Shown piece after piece: positions 1 through 12,452 of a stretch of DNA of 64,000 bases. Numbering within the stretch: the stretch's first letter is position 1; the number at the start of each line of letters is the position of its first letter. The position numbers and the translations under genes are program-made. The notes under the pieces are model-generated. The model ran no database searches. It had not been told where the DNA came from and saw only the letters and a list, made by a program, of their open reading frames with translations. The stretch is from positions 9,610,001 through 9,674,000 of the forward strand of contig OX597814.1 of NCBI GenBank assembly GCA_951406725.2, given 5' to 3'. The stretch comes from Octopus vulgaris. Taxonomy: Eukaryota.

Positions 1-232
1 TCAAGCAATGCTAGGGGGGCAAACACAGACACACAACACACACACACATAAATATACATGCATATATACGACAGGCTTCTTTCAGTTTCCACCTACCAAA
101 TCCACTCACAAGGCTTTGGCCGGCCCGAGGCTATAGTAGAAGACACTTGCCCAAGGCGCCACGCAGTGGGACTGAACCCGGAACCATGTGGTTGGTAAAC
201 AAGCTACTTACCACACAGCCACTCCTGCGCCT
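1..232 (-). mobile_element. tRNA-derived SINE, family A (5' part, runs off window start)
   Basis: Reverse complement begins AGGCGCAGGAGTGGCTGTGTGGTAAG (A-box-like) ... GGTTCAGTCCC (B-box-like); near-identical to the full copies at 38120-38524 and 61485-61901. Confidence 0.9.
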
Positions 233-248
233 TTAGCCACTCCTGTGC

Positions 249-250
<2 letters not shown>

Positions 251-321
<71 letters not shown>
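251..321. repeat. (ATCT)n microsatellite
   Basis: Perfect ATCT run between two inverted SINE-A copies. Confidence 0.95.
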
Positions 322-323
<2 letters not shown>

Positions 324-331
324 ATATATGT

Positions 332-553
332 AGGCACAGGCGTGGCTGTGTGATAAGAAGCTTGCTTCCCAACCAAATGGTTCCGGGTTCAGTCCCACTG
401 CGTGGCACCTTGAGCAAGTGACTTCTACTATAGCCACGCGCCGACCAAAGCCTTGTGAGTGAATATATACATACGTGTATATATTTGTGTGGTCCGACTA
501 AAGGCGGTGCTCCAGCATGGCCGCAATCAACTGACTGAAACAAGTAAAAGAAT
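332..553 (+). mobile_element. SINE family A, internally deleted copy
   Basis: Head AGGCACAGGCGTGGCTGTGTGATAAG and family 3' end CGACTAAAGGCGGTGCTCCAGCATGGCCGC...GAAACAAGTAAAAGA; the middle is missing relative to 61485-61901. Confidence 0.88.
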
Positions 554-766
554 ATATATATACATGTACACACACACACACACACACACATATTTTTTTG
601 TGTTTATCAAGTATTAAAGGTTGTCGAGGTTATATAGGATCCGATCCAATTGACAACGTAGGTGAGGTAGGTACAATAAATTCAGGGTGAATACTTGATA
701 AATGTAAGCACCTGTATATGCCACCTAGTAGCATAGGTGAGAGGATATATGTATCAAATGAAATAA

Positions 767-904
767 AATGAAAAACAGGACACAAAGGATGTCGCGGTAC
801 ATATGTTTCGAGCTTTATAGAATAAAGTGGTTCTATTTAAGAATAAGTGGTTCTATAAAGCTCGAAACATATGTACCGCGACATCCTTTGTGTCCCTGTT
901 TTTC

Positions 905-907
<3 letters not shown>
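767..907. repeat. ~56-bp near-perfect inverted repeat (fold-back Penelope-like end with the 3' half of a hammerhead)
   Basis: Arms 767-822 and 851-907 are reverse complements apart from one indel; the right arm contains GAAAC-ATAT-GTA; abuts (TA)n at 908. Confidence 0.85.
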
Positions 908-950
<43 letters not shown>

Positions 951-1159
951 GAAAATGGAGAAATTATTTGCATTGGTTCCTGATTAACTCTTGTTCATAC
1001 TGTTGTTATCTGTACTCTACGTGCATGCTGTGTCTGCACACCATTGCTCGGGGATAATACAGGTAACGAATACCGATAGTATGTACAGATATTTTATCCC
1101 TTAGTCGGTTACTATAACTGCTAGCTCTGTTTACATTATGTATGTATATATATATATAT

Positions 1160-1369
1160 CCTTCAAAATGTGACCGCGTGTGTACTGTTGGCGATTTTTT
1201 CCCTCTGTCTTCCCTTCTCTGGATATTTCCTTCTCCTATGTTTCCGACGAAGAGCTCCGCTCGAAATGTTAAACCCTCCTTTCCTTCTTTCCTGAGCGTC
1301 CAATAATACTATATTTGATCCACGTCCTCGCGTTGTTGTGTTTTTTTGTGCTTTCTTGATTGGATTAAC

Positions 1370-1370
<1 letters not shown>
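1160..1370 (+). mobile_element. Penelope-like end fragment between (TA)n tracts
   Basis: Flanked by TA repeats; carries a hammerhead-like motif followed by TTCCTGAGCG, also seen in the reverse complements of 14420-14640 and 30733-30890. Confidence 0.6.
1240..1274 (+). ncRNA. Minimal type-I hammerhead ribozyme motif, mutated core
   Basis: gttt-CCGACGA-a-gagc(tcc)gctc-GAAA-tg-TT-aaac: stem I gttt/aaac, stem II gagc/gctc; core U4 changed to C and helix III palindrome broken. Confidence 0.6.
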
Positions 1371-1429
<59 letters not shown>

Positions 1430-1651
1430 ACGACCATTATGTTTAACTTGTTTCTTATATATATCCCTCTGTGTAAAAACCAGTTTATCTGGAGACCATC
1501 CACGTATTTACAATACAGAATTGGGATGAACCCCAACCTGGGACCTTACCAAAAGATTACCCGGAGTCCTTCACTAATCTAAATAATATTGTTAGCCTGG
1601 TGTGCCAACAAAGAGCTTACGAAGTATTTTGCCCCGATTGATAATCCCTCA

Positions 1652-1713
<62 letters not shown>

Positions 1714-2094
1714 GACAGGAGCTCTTTCCAAGTGGATTGAGGGAAATCGCTCTTTCGTCTGTTTAACGGTACTGAGCGTATAATTTAAACGCCATTATGT
1801 CTCATGGGGACATTAATAAATGTATTTAAAAAAATCATTTGTATATACGTTTCTATGCTTACAGACGAATCTTTCATTTTCGTTAATCCACGGATATATT
1901 ATTTCATGTTTAGCATATAAAGATTACTGAATTATGATGTATGGTCTTCTCATATTTTAACTTAATTTTTTTTTTTTCATCTTATGTTAAGTAATATTGG
2001 ATCCTTGAATTGCGTTTTAACATAGAGCTTATTTGTGTCTCATAAAGAAGAAGGGAATTAATAAGTGAGAGTTAAAAACCACCATCACGACATC

Positions 2095-2095
<1 letters not shown>

Positions 2096-2166
<71 letters not shown>

Positions 2167-2242
2167 AATAATGATAATAATAATAATAATAATGATGATG
2201 ATGATGATAATAATAATAATAATAATAATAATGATGATGATA

Positions 2243-2290
<48 letters not shown>

Positions 2291-2342
2291 TATGATGATA
2301 ATAATAATAATGATAATAATAATAATAATGATGATGATGAAG

Positions 2343-2396
<54 letters not shown>

Positions 2397-2418
2397 TTAA
2401 TAATAATAATAATAATTA
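2096..2418. repeat. Compound (AAT)n/(GAT)n trinucleotide array
   Basis: Seen directly; source of the poly-N/D/M/I ORFs. Confidence 0.95.
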
Positions 2419-2824
2419 CGACAACTTCAAGATAACAGTTGCAGTAAATATTTCGATAGCACTAATAATATGCTTGATACGTAATCGTAAATATAGACAG
2501 AAATAAAACGAAAGAAAGCTAAGAAAGCTAAAATTGGGAGTAAACAAAAAGAAGTAAAGAAAACGTTTACTGGATTAGAGAAATAGGAGGGAGTGTGTGT
2601 ATGTGTGTGTGTGTGTGTGGGGGGGGGTTAGTTTGTTTGGGAAAGAAAAAGATAATGTGTGTGTGTGTGCATCAAAGGGGCCAACGGTCCTTTCTAGAGG
2701 TTTATCCTGGTTCTAAAGTTAGGAGGAGCGTGCATATAAAAGAAAAGGCACTGTGACACCACCAAACAGTTTTAAACTCATTTCCCTTATATTACACGAA
2801 ATATTTCATTAGTTATAATATACA

Positions 2825-3190
2825 CTAGCACTATGACCCGGCAACGCCGGGCCATAGTGCTAGTGCATGCGTATACAGCTGCGTGCGTGCGCAGATGCAC
2901 GCGAGTACTGACCAAATCTCAGACCAATCACATACAGCTAGCTGGCATTCAATTGGCGTATCAAATTTCGGGCATTTTGATTGGGTTTTGGATAGAAAAT
3001 TCACAAAAAAGTCACTTCTATTAAATTTTTAATGGCTTTGTGGGGTGACTGGGGAAACGTAAAGATGTGCACGACCATCCTTGGACGGTTTTGAATGACC
3101 ATAGAAAGTGCGAGCCCTCTAACTGAAAAATTGTGGATTTGTATAAAGGACACACACACACAGACATTTTGCCGTTTATATATAGAGAGA
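2825..3190 (-). mobile_element. Non-autonomous Helitron
   Basis: Minus strand starts TCTCTCTATATATAAA and ends with a GC-rich hairpin (CCCGGC-GTT-GCCGGG) then CTAG; sits between host A and T with no TSD, the canonical Helitron termini. Confidence 0.85.
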
Positions 3191-3751
3191 TAATTGTATC
3201 CTACATTCAATAATTTCATGTTTCAGTAGCAATGTCATTAAGTATGAAACTTGTAACTACTGATATAAAGGTGTCGTAAAAAAACGATGAAATTCCAGAG
3301 GATCGTCCAGTGTCGAAAGGTTATGACGTCAGGATTTGCTTTGGTTCTTTGGATGTCAGCGGCTTCCAACACATCACAGGAAATTGAACAGACAGTTCAA
3401 AAACACGGCAGATTTGTCTGATAAAGTATTGAATCCAGAAAATTTTTTCCAAGGACATGCGTTTAACAAAAAAGTAAAAAAGAAAAAAAGAATCGACTTT
3501 TTATCGCATAAGTGAACTAAAGAATTTTTTAAAATTCTTGAAAAGGCGCCAATTTTGAAGAAATGTATTCAGTGGGTAGCGATCGGTTCCTTTGCTTCCC
3601 TATTAACTACGTCACTGGTCCTTCCTTATACATAGGTTTATAAGGCCGGTTTCGCGTATTCCCTGGCGTATACATACATACATACATACATACGTACATA
3701 CATACATACATACATACATATATGCATGTGTGTGTGTGTATGGGGTGAGCA

Positions 3752-3790
<39 letters not shown>

Positions 3791-3998
3791 ATATTTGATT
3801 ATCAGAAAGTGAGAGTATGCGTATTTGTGAGAGAAACAAAGAGTGAGAAAAGCAATCAAATATATGAAAATTTTGCAACATTATGTCGCTGAAATTAATT
3901 AGATAATCTATAGACATAAATAGAACAATCGCCAGTTTGATTTAGATAAGTAGATAGTTAAATAAATGGAAATATATATAGGCAAACATATCTATCTG

Positions 3999-4058
<60 letters not shown>

Positions 4059-4531
4059 ATGTATGTATGTATGTATGTATGTATGTATGTATGTATCTAT
4101 CTATCTATCTACTTATCTATCTATCTATCGAAAAAGAGAAAGAAAAAGAGAGAGATGGAGAGAGAAAGGAAGAGGGAAAGAGAGAAAGAAAGAGGGAAAG
4201 AGAGAAAGAAAGAGAGAGATTGATAGATAGGTAGTCAAACAAACACACAAATTGATGTGGATAGGTATTCATAAAAATGAAGAGATTACGAGGTACATAA
4301 ATGGATTTAATATAAGAAAGCGAGACAACTGAAAAGATGAATTGAAGGGTACTGTGACGAAAATATAGATGAATGGAGACAAAGATACAAGAAAGGAAGT
4401 GACCTGTGGAACTCTATCCGTAAAGAAATATAACAAAGGTATATATATTTATAGAGTGAGATATACATAGAGAACATCGATAATTAAGATTAAGACTATC
4501 ACTGGCGTTGGGCCGTGCTTTAATTGTTATA

Positions 4532-4600
4532 GTCATTAGACTGCGGCCATCCTTGGGCACCGCCTCGGAGAATTTTAGTCGAACGAATCGGCCCCAGTAC
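4532..4600 (-). mobile_element. SINE family A-related 3' remnant
   Basis: GTCATTAGACTGCGGCCATCCTTGGGCACCGCC...TAGTCGAAC matches the family A tail. Confidence 0.6.
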
Positions 4601-4609
4601 ACACATATA

Positions 4610-4640
<31 letters not shown>

Positions 4641-4666
4641 TGTATGTATGTATGTATGTATGTATG

Positions 4667-4723
<57 letters not shown>

Positions 4724-4725
<2 letters not shown>

Positions 4726-4823
4726 AAAAAAAAAGTCAAGATAGAAAAGGCTAAAATGAGTTTATAAAAAACATTTCAGTACCGGTTTCAGTCATTGTAA
4801 CTTTTTCAACTGTAACAATTAAG

Positions 4824-4826
<3 letters not shown>
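4724..4826 (-). mobile_element. Penelope-like end fragment in (TA)n
   Basis: About 100 bp between TA tracts with a hammerhead motif; the same family lies in opposite orientation at 7498-7570. Confidence 0.65.
4777..4812 (-). ncRNA. Minimal hammerhead ribozyme motif, U3-A8 core variant
   Basis: Reverse complement: cag-TTGAAAA-agtt(acaat)gact-GAAA-ccg-GTA-ctg; stem I cag/ctg, stem II agtt/gact, palindromic helix III ACCGGT, GUA cleavage triplet. Confidence 0.7.
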
Positions 4827-4890
<64 letters not shown>

Positions 4891-4902
4891 CGTATATATA
4901 TA

Positions 4903-5461
<559 letters not shown>

Positions 5462-5464
5462 ATA

Positions 5465-5617
5465 ACGGGGTTTTTTAAAATTTCCGTCTACAAAATCCAC
5501 TCACAAGGCTTTGTTCGACCTGGGTCTATAGTAGAAAACATTCGTCCAAGGCGCCACTGACTGCGACCGAACCTGGAACTAAGTGGTTGGAAGCAAGCTT
5601 CTTACGACATAACCACA
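5465..5617 (-). mobile_element. SINE family A, diverged 5' half
   Basis: TTTCCGTCTACAAAATCCACTCACAAGGCTTTG...CTATAGTAGAA matches family A. Confidence 0.75.
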
Positions 5618-7234
5618 GAATTCAAAATGGAACATAGAAAGGAATAACAACAAAAGAACGAAAGACGAAGACACATGGAAATCTTCTCTTGATTTGTTAA
5701 TACAGAATGATGCCGGCTGAACACGAAGTCCCAGATATACAGCGATAATTGAACAGATTTAGTTTTGTTTCTGTACCTGAATAGTTGAAACCGAAAAAAG
5801 AAAAAAAAAAAAATGAAAATTGTACTGGTTCATTAACGTATCATGAAACATAGCCAGCAATTTTCTAACATTAATAATAACAAAAAAAAAAAAAAGAAAA
5901 TCCTCTCACCTATCAAATACAAAACCATTAGCTCTTTGATTAAAGCAACATAAAAGTTAGCTATCGTGATACGGAAAATATGGTTACTGTGATTGCTTGA
6001 CAACAGAATGATCTAGAATGTGACTGCAGTAACTCTACATGGAGTGGACTCAATGGGAAATACCTCGCGAACAGCCAAAGCGGCATCCAGCGATGGCATC
6101 GAGAAGAATTATATCAGATTTACAGTTTTGACATCAGTTACACACAAATCATTATCAGTCACATACAAATTTTGTACTCTTTCAGAAAGAGAAGCGAAAG
6201 AAAATCCACCAAACTATTCCAGAAATATATTCTATGTTCTTTACTTTTTCACATATACACATACACAGATAGAGACACACATATAGAGGAAAACAAAGAC
6301 ATATGCATCATATAAGTTCAAATATACAAGCACACGCAAAAATAGCACGCAAATAGTTATACAGATGCTTAAGTTTCAAAAGGTTACCCTACATGAAGCT
6401 GGATTTTCATTTCTTGGGTCGGTCAACAATAAATAAGGACGAAGACGACGACGATGATAATGATGAAGATGTCGACGACTATGACGACAGTAGCAGCAGT
6501 AGTAATAACATTAGTAATAAAAACAAGAACCCTCCGTTTCCCGTTGCCGTACGGAAATGTGAGATATCTTGCGGATGACAGTTACACAAACTGTGTGACA
6601 GTTAACAATAAACGAACAGACAAAGTCATTAGAGATTGCAAAAAATAAATTCTACGAGATAAAAAAAAGAAGAAAATGAAGAAGAACAAGAAGGGAAGAA
6701 AAAAGAAAAAAAGCAACAACAATAACATGAAAAGAGAAAATGACGATTCTTTCGACTAAAACAAAACAAACACCAGTAACATCATCATCAAACACCAGTA
6801 CTCATCGTCGACAACAAAGACTACAACGATGATGATGATGATGATGATGATGTTAGTGATGATAGTAATAATGATGATAATGGTAAGGGAAGAAGGGAAA
6901 TTGGAGGAAAAAATGCAAAAGATATATATATATATATATATAGGGGGCAGGTAAAGTTAAGCGGCGTTGAGAGAATGTAGTAAATAAAACAAGAGACGAA
7001 GTAATGTAAATTATTCGAAGAGTGTATGTTTATTTGTCTAGCAGTCTATATATAAAAATGGATTCAGCAAATGTGAACCGAAGACAGATGAGGTTCTTGG
7101 GAGAAAATGTATCTTTGACTTTATTTTGTATGTATGTATGCAAGTATAATCCTGCATGTTGTAACATACTGTGTATTTGTGTGCATGTATATAAATACAC
7201 ATATATAAATGCGTATACGCAGAGATACAATATC

Positions 7235-7311
<77 letters not shown>

Positions 7312-7403
7312 ATATGTATATGTATGTATATATGTATTCATTGATACGTATGCCCACAAATATATATATATATATATTTAAAGGTCACAATACACATATT
7401 TAA

Positions 7404-7450
7404 GTGATAGTTTCATATGTTGAGAGAACTCAAACATATTCTTCAGGCAC
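7404..7450 (-). ncRNA. Hammerhead ribozyme motif, canonical core, damaged helix III/stem I
   Basis: Reverse complement: gtgc-CTGAAGA-atatgtt(t)gag(ttct)ctcaacatat-GAAA-cta-tcac; 10-bp stem II with one bulge. Confidence 0.65.
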
Positions 7451-7497
7451 AAACCACATATAACGAACTAAAAAAATTGGTTGTAGCTGCGTTCTCT

Positions 7498-7569
7498 ATG
7501 ACTGAAACCGATGTTAAAACGTTTTTTATGATAAAATTATTTTAGCATTTTTTACCTTGACTTATTTTG

Positions 7570-7570
<1 letters not shown>
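7498..7570 (+). mobile_element. Penelope-like end fragment (family of 4724-4826), hammerhead core lost
   Basis: ATGACTGAAACCG...GTTTTTTAT...ATTTTAGC...CTTGACTT aligns to the reverse complement of 4735-4797; ends in (TA)n. Confidence 0.6.
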
Positions 7571-7635
<65 letters not shown>

Positions 7636-7802
7636 CGGAGATGTACTTGCATAGCAAGTGACTTGATCTGAGACCGTGTGCTGAAACAAAAACGATTGCA
7701 GCGTAGATGTTTATAAGCCATTTAAGAACACACACACACACGTGCGCGCGCACACAAACACACACAACCGTTAGATTCACTTCAGCATTTAAATTTACTT
7801 TG

Positions 7803-7849
7803 TGTCAAAATATTTTCGTCGCTTTGAAATTGCGACCTGTTCACTGACA
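7803..7849 (-). ncRNA. Minimal hammerhead ribozyme motif, G3-C8 core variant
   Basis: Reverse complement: tgtca-GTGAACA-g-gtcgc(aatttcaaa)gcgac-GAAA-ata-TTT-tgaca; 5-bp stem I, 5-bp stem II, palindromic helix III AATATT. Confidence 0.7.
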
Positions 7850-7895
7850 AAACGTCGTACTGCATCTGAGAAAGTAACAGTTAGTTCATGATATA

Positions 7896-8460
7896 CAGGG
7901 ATTGGACAGAATAATGGAAACACTTTAAAATTTCAAACAAATTTATGTTAACATGGTGTATCACCGCCTTTGGAAGTAATTACAGCTTAAAATCTACGAG
8001 GTATGGACTCGTACAAAGTTTGAATTGTGTTCCAAAGGGATTTTTGTCCATTCTTCAGCTAAAACAGTCTCCAGTTCTTGTAGTAATGATGTTGGAGGAT
8101 ATCGACTCCTTACTTGTTTTTCTAAAATGCACCATAAATGTTCCATAATATTGAGATATGGGGACTGTGGCGGCAAGATAAGATGTTCAACTTCACTAGA
8201 ATGTTCCTTGTGCCATTCAGTAATAACTTTAGCTGTGTGAATTGGTGCATTATCTTCCTGAAAGATTGCATTTCTCTCCGGAAACAGTTCCGCAACCATA
8301 GGATGAATTTGATCAGGTAAAATGCTTAAATAGTCTTGACTATTAATTCTACCATGAAGGGAAACGATTGGGCCGGCGGATTTCCAAGATATAGCGCCCC
8401 CCCCCCAGATCATCACAGATCCCCCTCCTCCATGTTTAGCAGTTGGAAGAAGGCAGTCTA
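7896..8460 (-). mobile_element. Tc1-like transposon 3' remnant: TIR plus transposase catalytic domain (DD36E spacing), pseudogenised
   Basis: ORF 7994-8476 has KHGGG.SVMIWG, FQEDNAPIH and SPYLNIMEHLW; after a frameshift reads IQTLYESIPRRF*AVITSKGG; terminus TA|CAGGGATTGGACAGAATAATGGAAACAC at 7896; N-terminus absent. Confidence 0.92.
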
Positions 8461-8479
8461 TTTTCACAGACAACATTTA

Positions 8480-8565
8480 AATACCGGTTGCGTACTGGGG
8501 TCGATTTAATCGACTAGACCCCTCTCCAAAAATCTCGGGCTTTGTGTCTAGAGTAGAAAAGAATA
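8480..8565 (+). mobile_element. SINE family C 3' remnant (tail type 2)
   Basis: TACTGGGGTCGATTTAATCGACT...TAGAGTAGAAAAGAATA as at 39925-39995. Confidence 0.7.
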
Positions 8566-8574
8566 TCTTCTCCG

Positions 8575-8770
8575 TTGGTTTCGCGAACGAAGATTAAGAA
8601 GGAGCTGGTCCATGCTGACTGAAGGCACGCTTGTTGGTGACAAGGTCATCGCAGGACAAGTGTGCACGGCCACAGTGGCTGTAGTTGAATCTGGCCAGGA
8701 TTTGATGACGTAGTGTGTCGGTTCTTCCTTCTGTATTTTTCGTCCTTGAGAGTGGGCCTGTAGGTGTTTT
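8575..8770 (-). mobile_element. RTE-clade LINE 3' remnant
   Basis: Reverse complement encodes FNYSHCGRAHLSCDDLVTNKRAFS, a decayed RTE C-terminal CxxCxRxCxSxIGLxSHxRxC motif, then TTAATCTTCGTTCGCGAA, an RTE/BovB-like end (recognised from memory). Confidence 0.6.
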
Positions 8771-8792
8771 CGAGTGAGAAATATATAGATAG

Positions 8793-8864
8793 TGTGAAAT
8801 ATAGACAATGTGAATTATAGGCAATGTGAATTATAGGCGATGTGAAATATAGACGGTGTGAAAA
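8793..8864. repeat. 16-bp minisatellite x4.5
   Basis: TGTGAAWTATAGRCRR units at 8793, 8809, 8825, 8841 and a partial at 8857. Confidence 0.85.
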
Positions 8865-9174
8865 TCACCTTAATAGAACCGATACTATCTGGTAATAATG
8901 TTAATGTTTGTAGCCAGACACTGTTGACGTTGAAACAAATTTAACTTGATATCGCTGAGTGAAAAAGAAGAATATTATTATAGGTTCTGTCAGCTGGAAT
9001 AAATAATTAAATAAATAGATAAATAAATACGGCCATTTATACTAGCCAGAATATATTTAATCATATGAATAGAAAAAAAAGGTGGAATAAGTAAAGAAAA
9101 AGAAAGAAAAGAGTTAAAATATCCGTAAAAGCATTCATAAAACGCTGCTACAATTAAAGAGAAGCTGTTACACA

Positions 9175-10395
<1,221 letters not shown>

Positions 10396-10575
10396 AATTC
10401 GCATGAGAAACAAAACCGATGGTTTTAATAAACTGTTGACATTTTGTTCGTTGGTTTCAAACATGGAAAATAAGCAGAAGTTTGCAGACGAACCTTTTCG
10501 TCTTAAGTATCGCTCTTTTCTCTTTGCTCTACGACTGCATGTCGAAGAGCCATACTGTTCGTAACTTCTTCCTTC

Positions 10576-10614
<39 letters not shown>

Positions 10615-11350
10615 TATTTCATCCTCCTTTCCTTTCTTACTTTTCACTCTCGCTCTCGCCTCTGCATTAGCGTCGAACGAGCAATAAATAAGATGGAAAG
10701 TTAAGACCACCATTGCATTATTAGCAGACATTTATTATGTCAGGCGTATTATGAGCGAAAGCAACAACGATAACGACCAGTTACACAGCTAACATACTAC
10801 ACCGCGCAGTTTAGTTTACAACTTTGGGGGGGAGGCATTCATTGTCTTGAATATATTTACTATCTAAACAGTAAACACTCTAAACTTGGAGGGGAAAAAC
10901 CAACGCTAAAGCTGGCAAAAGACAGAACATTATATTAATGGATCGAATTCAACTGAGCATGTAAATCGACGATAACTGCATCCACAAGAATAAAGAAATA
11001 CGCTAACTGCTACGTTTATGAATACTTGAATATAAAATGTTCGCGTAGATCATGAAAGCTTTCCGTCAGTTTACTGCGATAGAGCATTCGGAAAACACAT
11101 GCCACCCATCCCTCGCCTTAGATGCGACCATAAATGTATAGAGGCTCACGTCCGCGTACATATCTAGATACGCACGCACACACGTACTCTACTCTTACAT
11201 ATATAGACTCATATGCACACGCATATACAAGCTTATACATCAACATGCATGTATCATATATGGTGTATATATTATGTATATCAGTGTGTTTATGTGTGTG
11301 TGTGCGTATGTGCGTTTGTGTAAATGCCTATATGTCTTCATAGGAATGCG

Positions 11351-11430
<80 letters not shown>

Positions 11431-11564
11431 AATCTTTCTACCTATATATGTACTTCTGTGGGTATATAATTTTATACAGACATATTGTACATAAACACAT
11501 GCATATATGTGTATATATATATGTATATATATATCTGTATATATATGTTTATACACACACACAT

Positions 11565-11611
<47 letters not shown>

Positions 11612-11855
11612 CAAACGTACATACATACACACACAACACACATATGCACACACATTCCTTTATTACTGATCTTCTTAACTTATAGAGCTATTTTTTTGAC
11701 ATTTGTAAAACAAAACCTCCCTATATACACGCATATATGTATATAAATATATACATCTTAAGATATCCGTGCATGCATCCGTCCATACATACATGCGTAC
11801 ATATATACATATATGCATGCATATACATACATACATACATACATACGTACGTACA

Positions 11856-11962
<107 letters not shown>

Positions 11963-12111
11963 CAGAAGGTTTGGAGATGATGTACAGGTATTTTATATTA
12001 GAAGAAATGAGGTACTCAGAAATTCGGATGGTTTTATATTTACAAATATTTATTTGCATATTACATGTTTTTATACATCATATAACATATATCATATATC
12101 ATATATCATAT

Positions 12112-12148
12112 ATTAGCGCTTTCGCCCATTCTACTGGGCTTTTCAAAT
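12112..12148 (-). ncRNA. Minimal hammerhead ribozyme motif, U3-A8 core variant (second family)
   Basis: Reverse complement: at-TTGAAAA-gccca(gtagaa)tgggc-GAAA-gcg-CTA-at; 5-bp stem II, palindromic helix III AGCGCT, stem I only 2 bp; inside a fragment that starts after (TA)n at ~11962. Confidence 0.65.
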
Positions 12149-12389
12149 TGAACTAAGTTTTTTGGGAAAAATTTGACCATTTTATAGTGTTATTGAGCGT
12201 GTAGTGGTAGGGAGAGATATAAGATAGCACAAGAGGGTGATGAATGGGGAGAAAGTGAGAGAGAGAGCATGTGTGTGTGTGTGTGTTTGTATCTGAAAGA
12301 AGTGTTAAAGAAACAGAAGGAAAGGAAGATAAGGGAGAGAAAGAAGACCATAAATTGTTTGTATTTCCTTTTCATCATTGTCTTGTGAG

Positions 12390-12452
<63 letters not shown>

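Noticed and set aside
2671-2770. TATAAAAG at 2735 with ATCAAAG upstream
   Set aside because: Expected by chance in AT-rich DNA; no downstream gene, and a Helitron follows.
5640-5815. Minus-strand polypyrimidine tract plus CAG acceptor near 5777
   Set aside because: No recognisable coding frame or matching donor.
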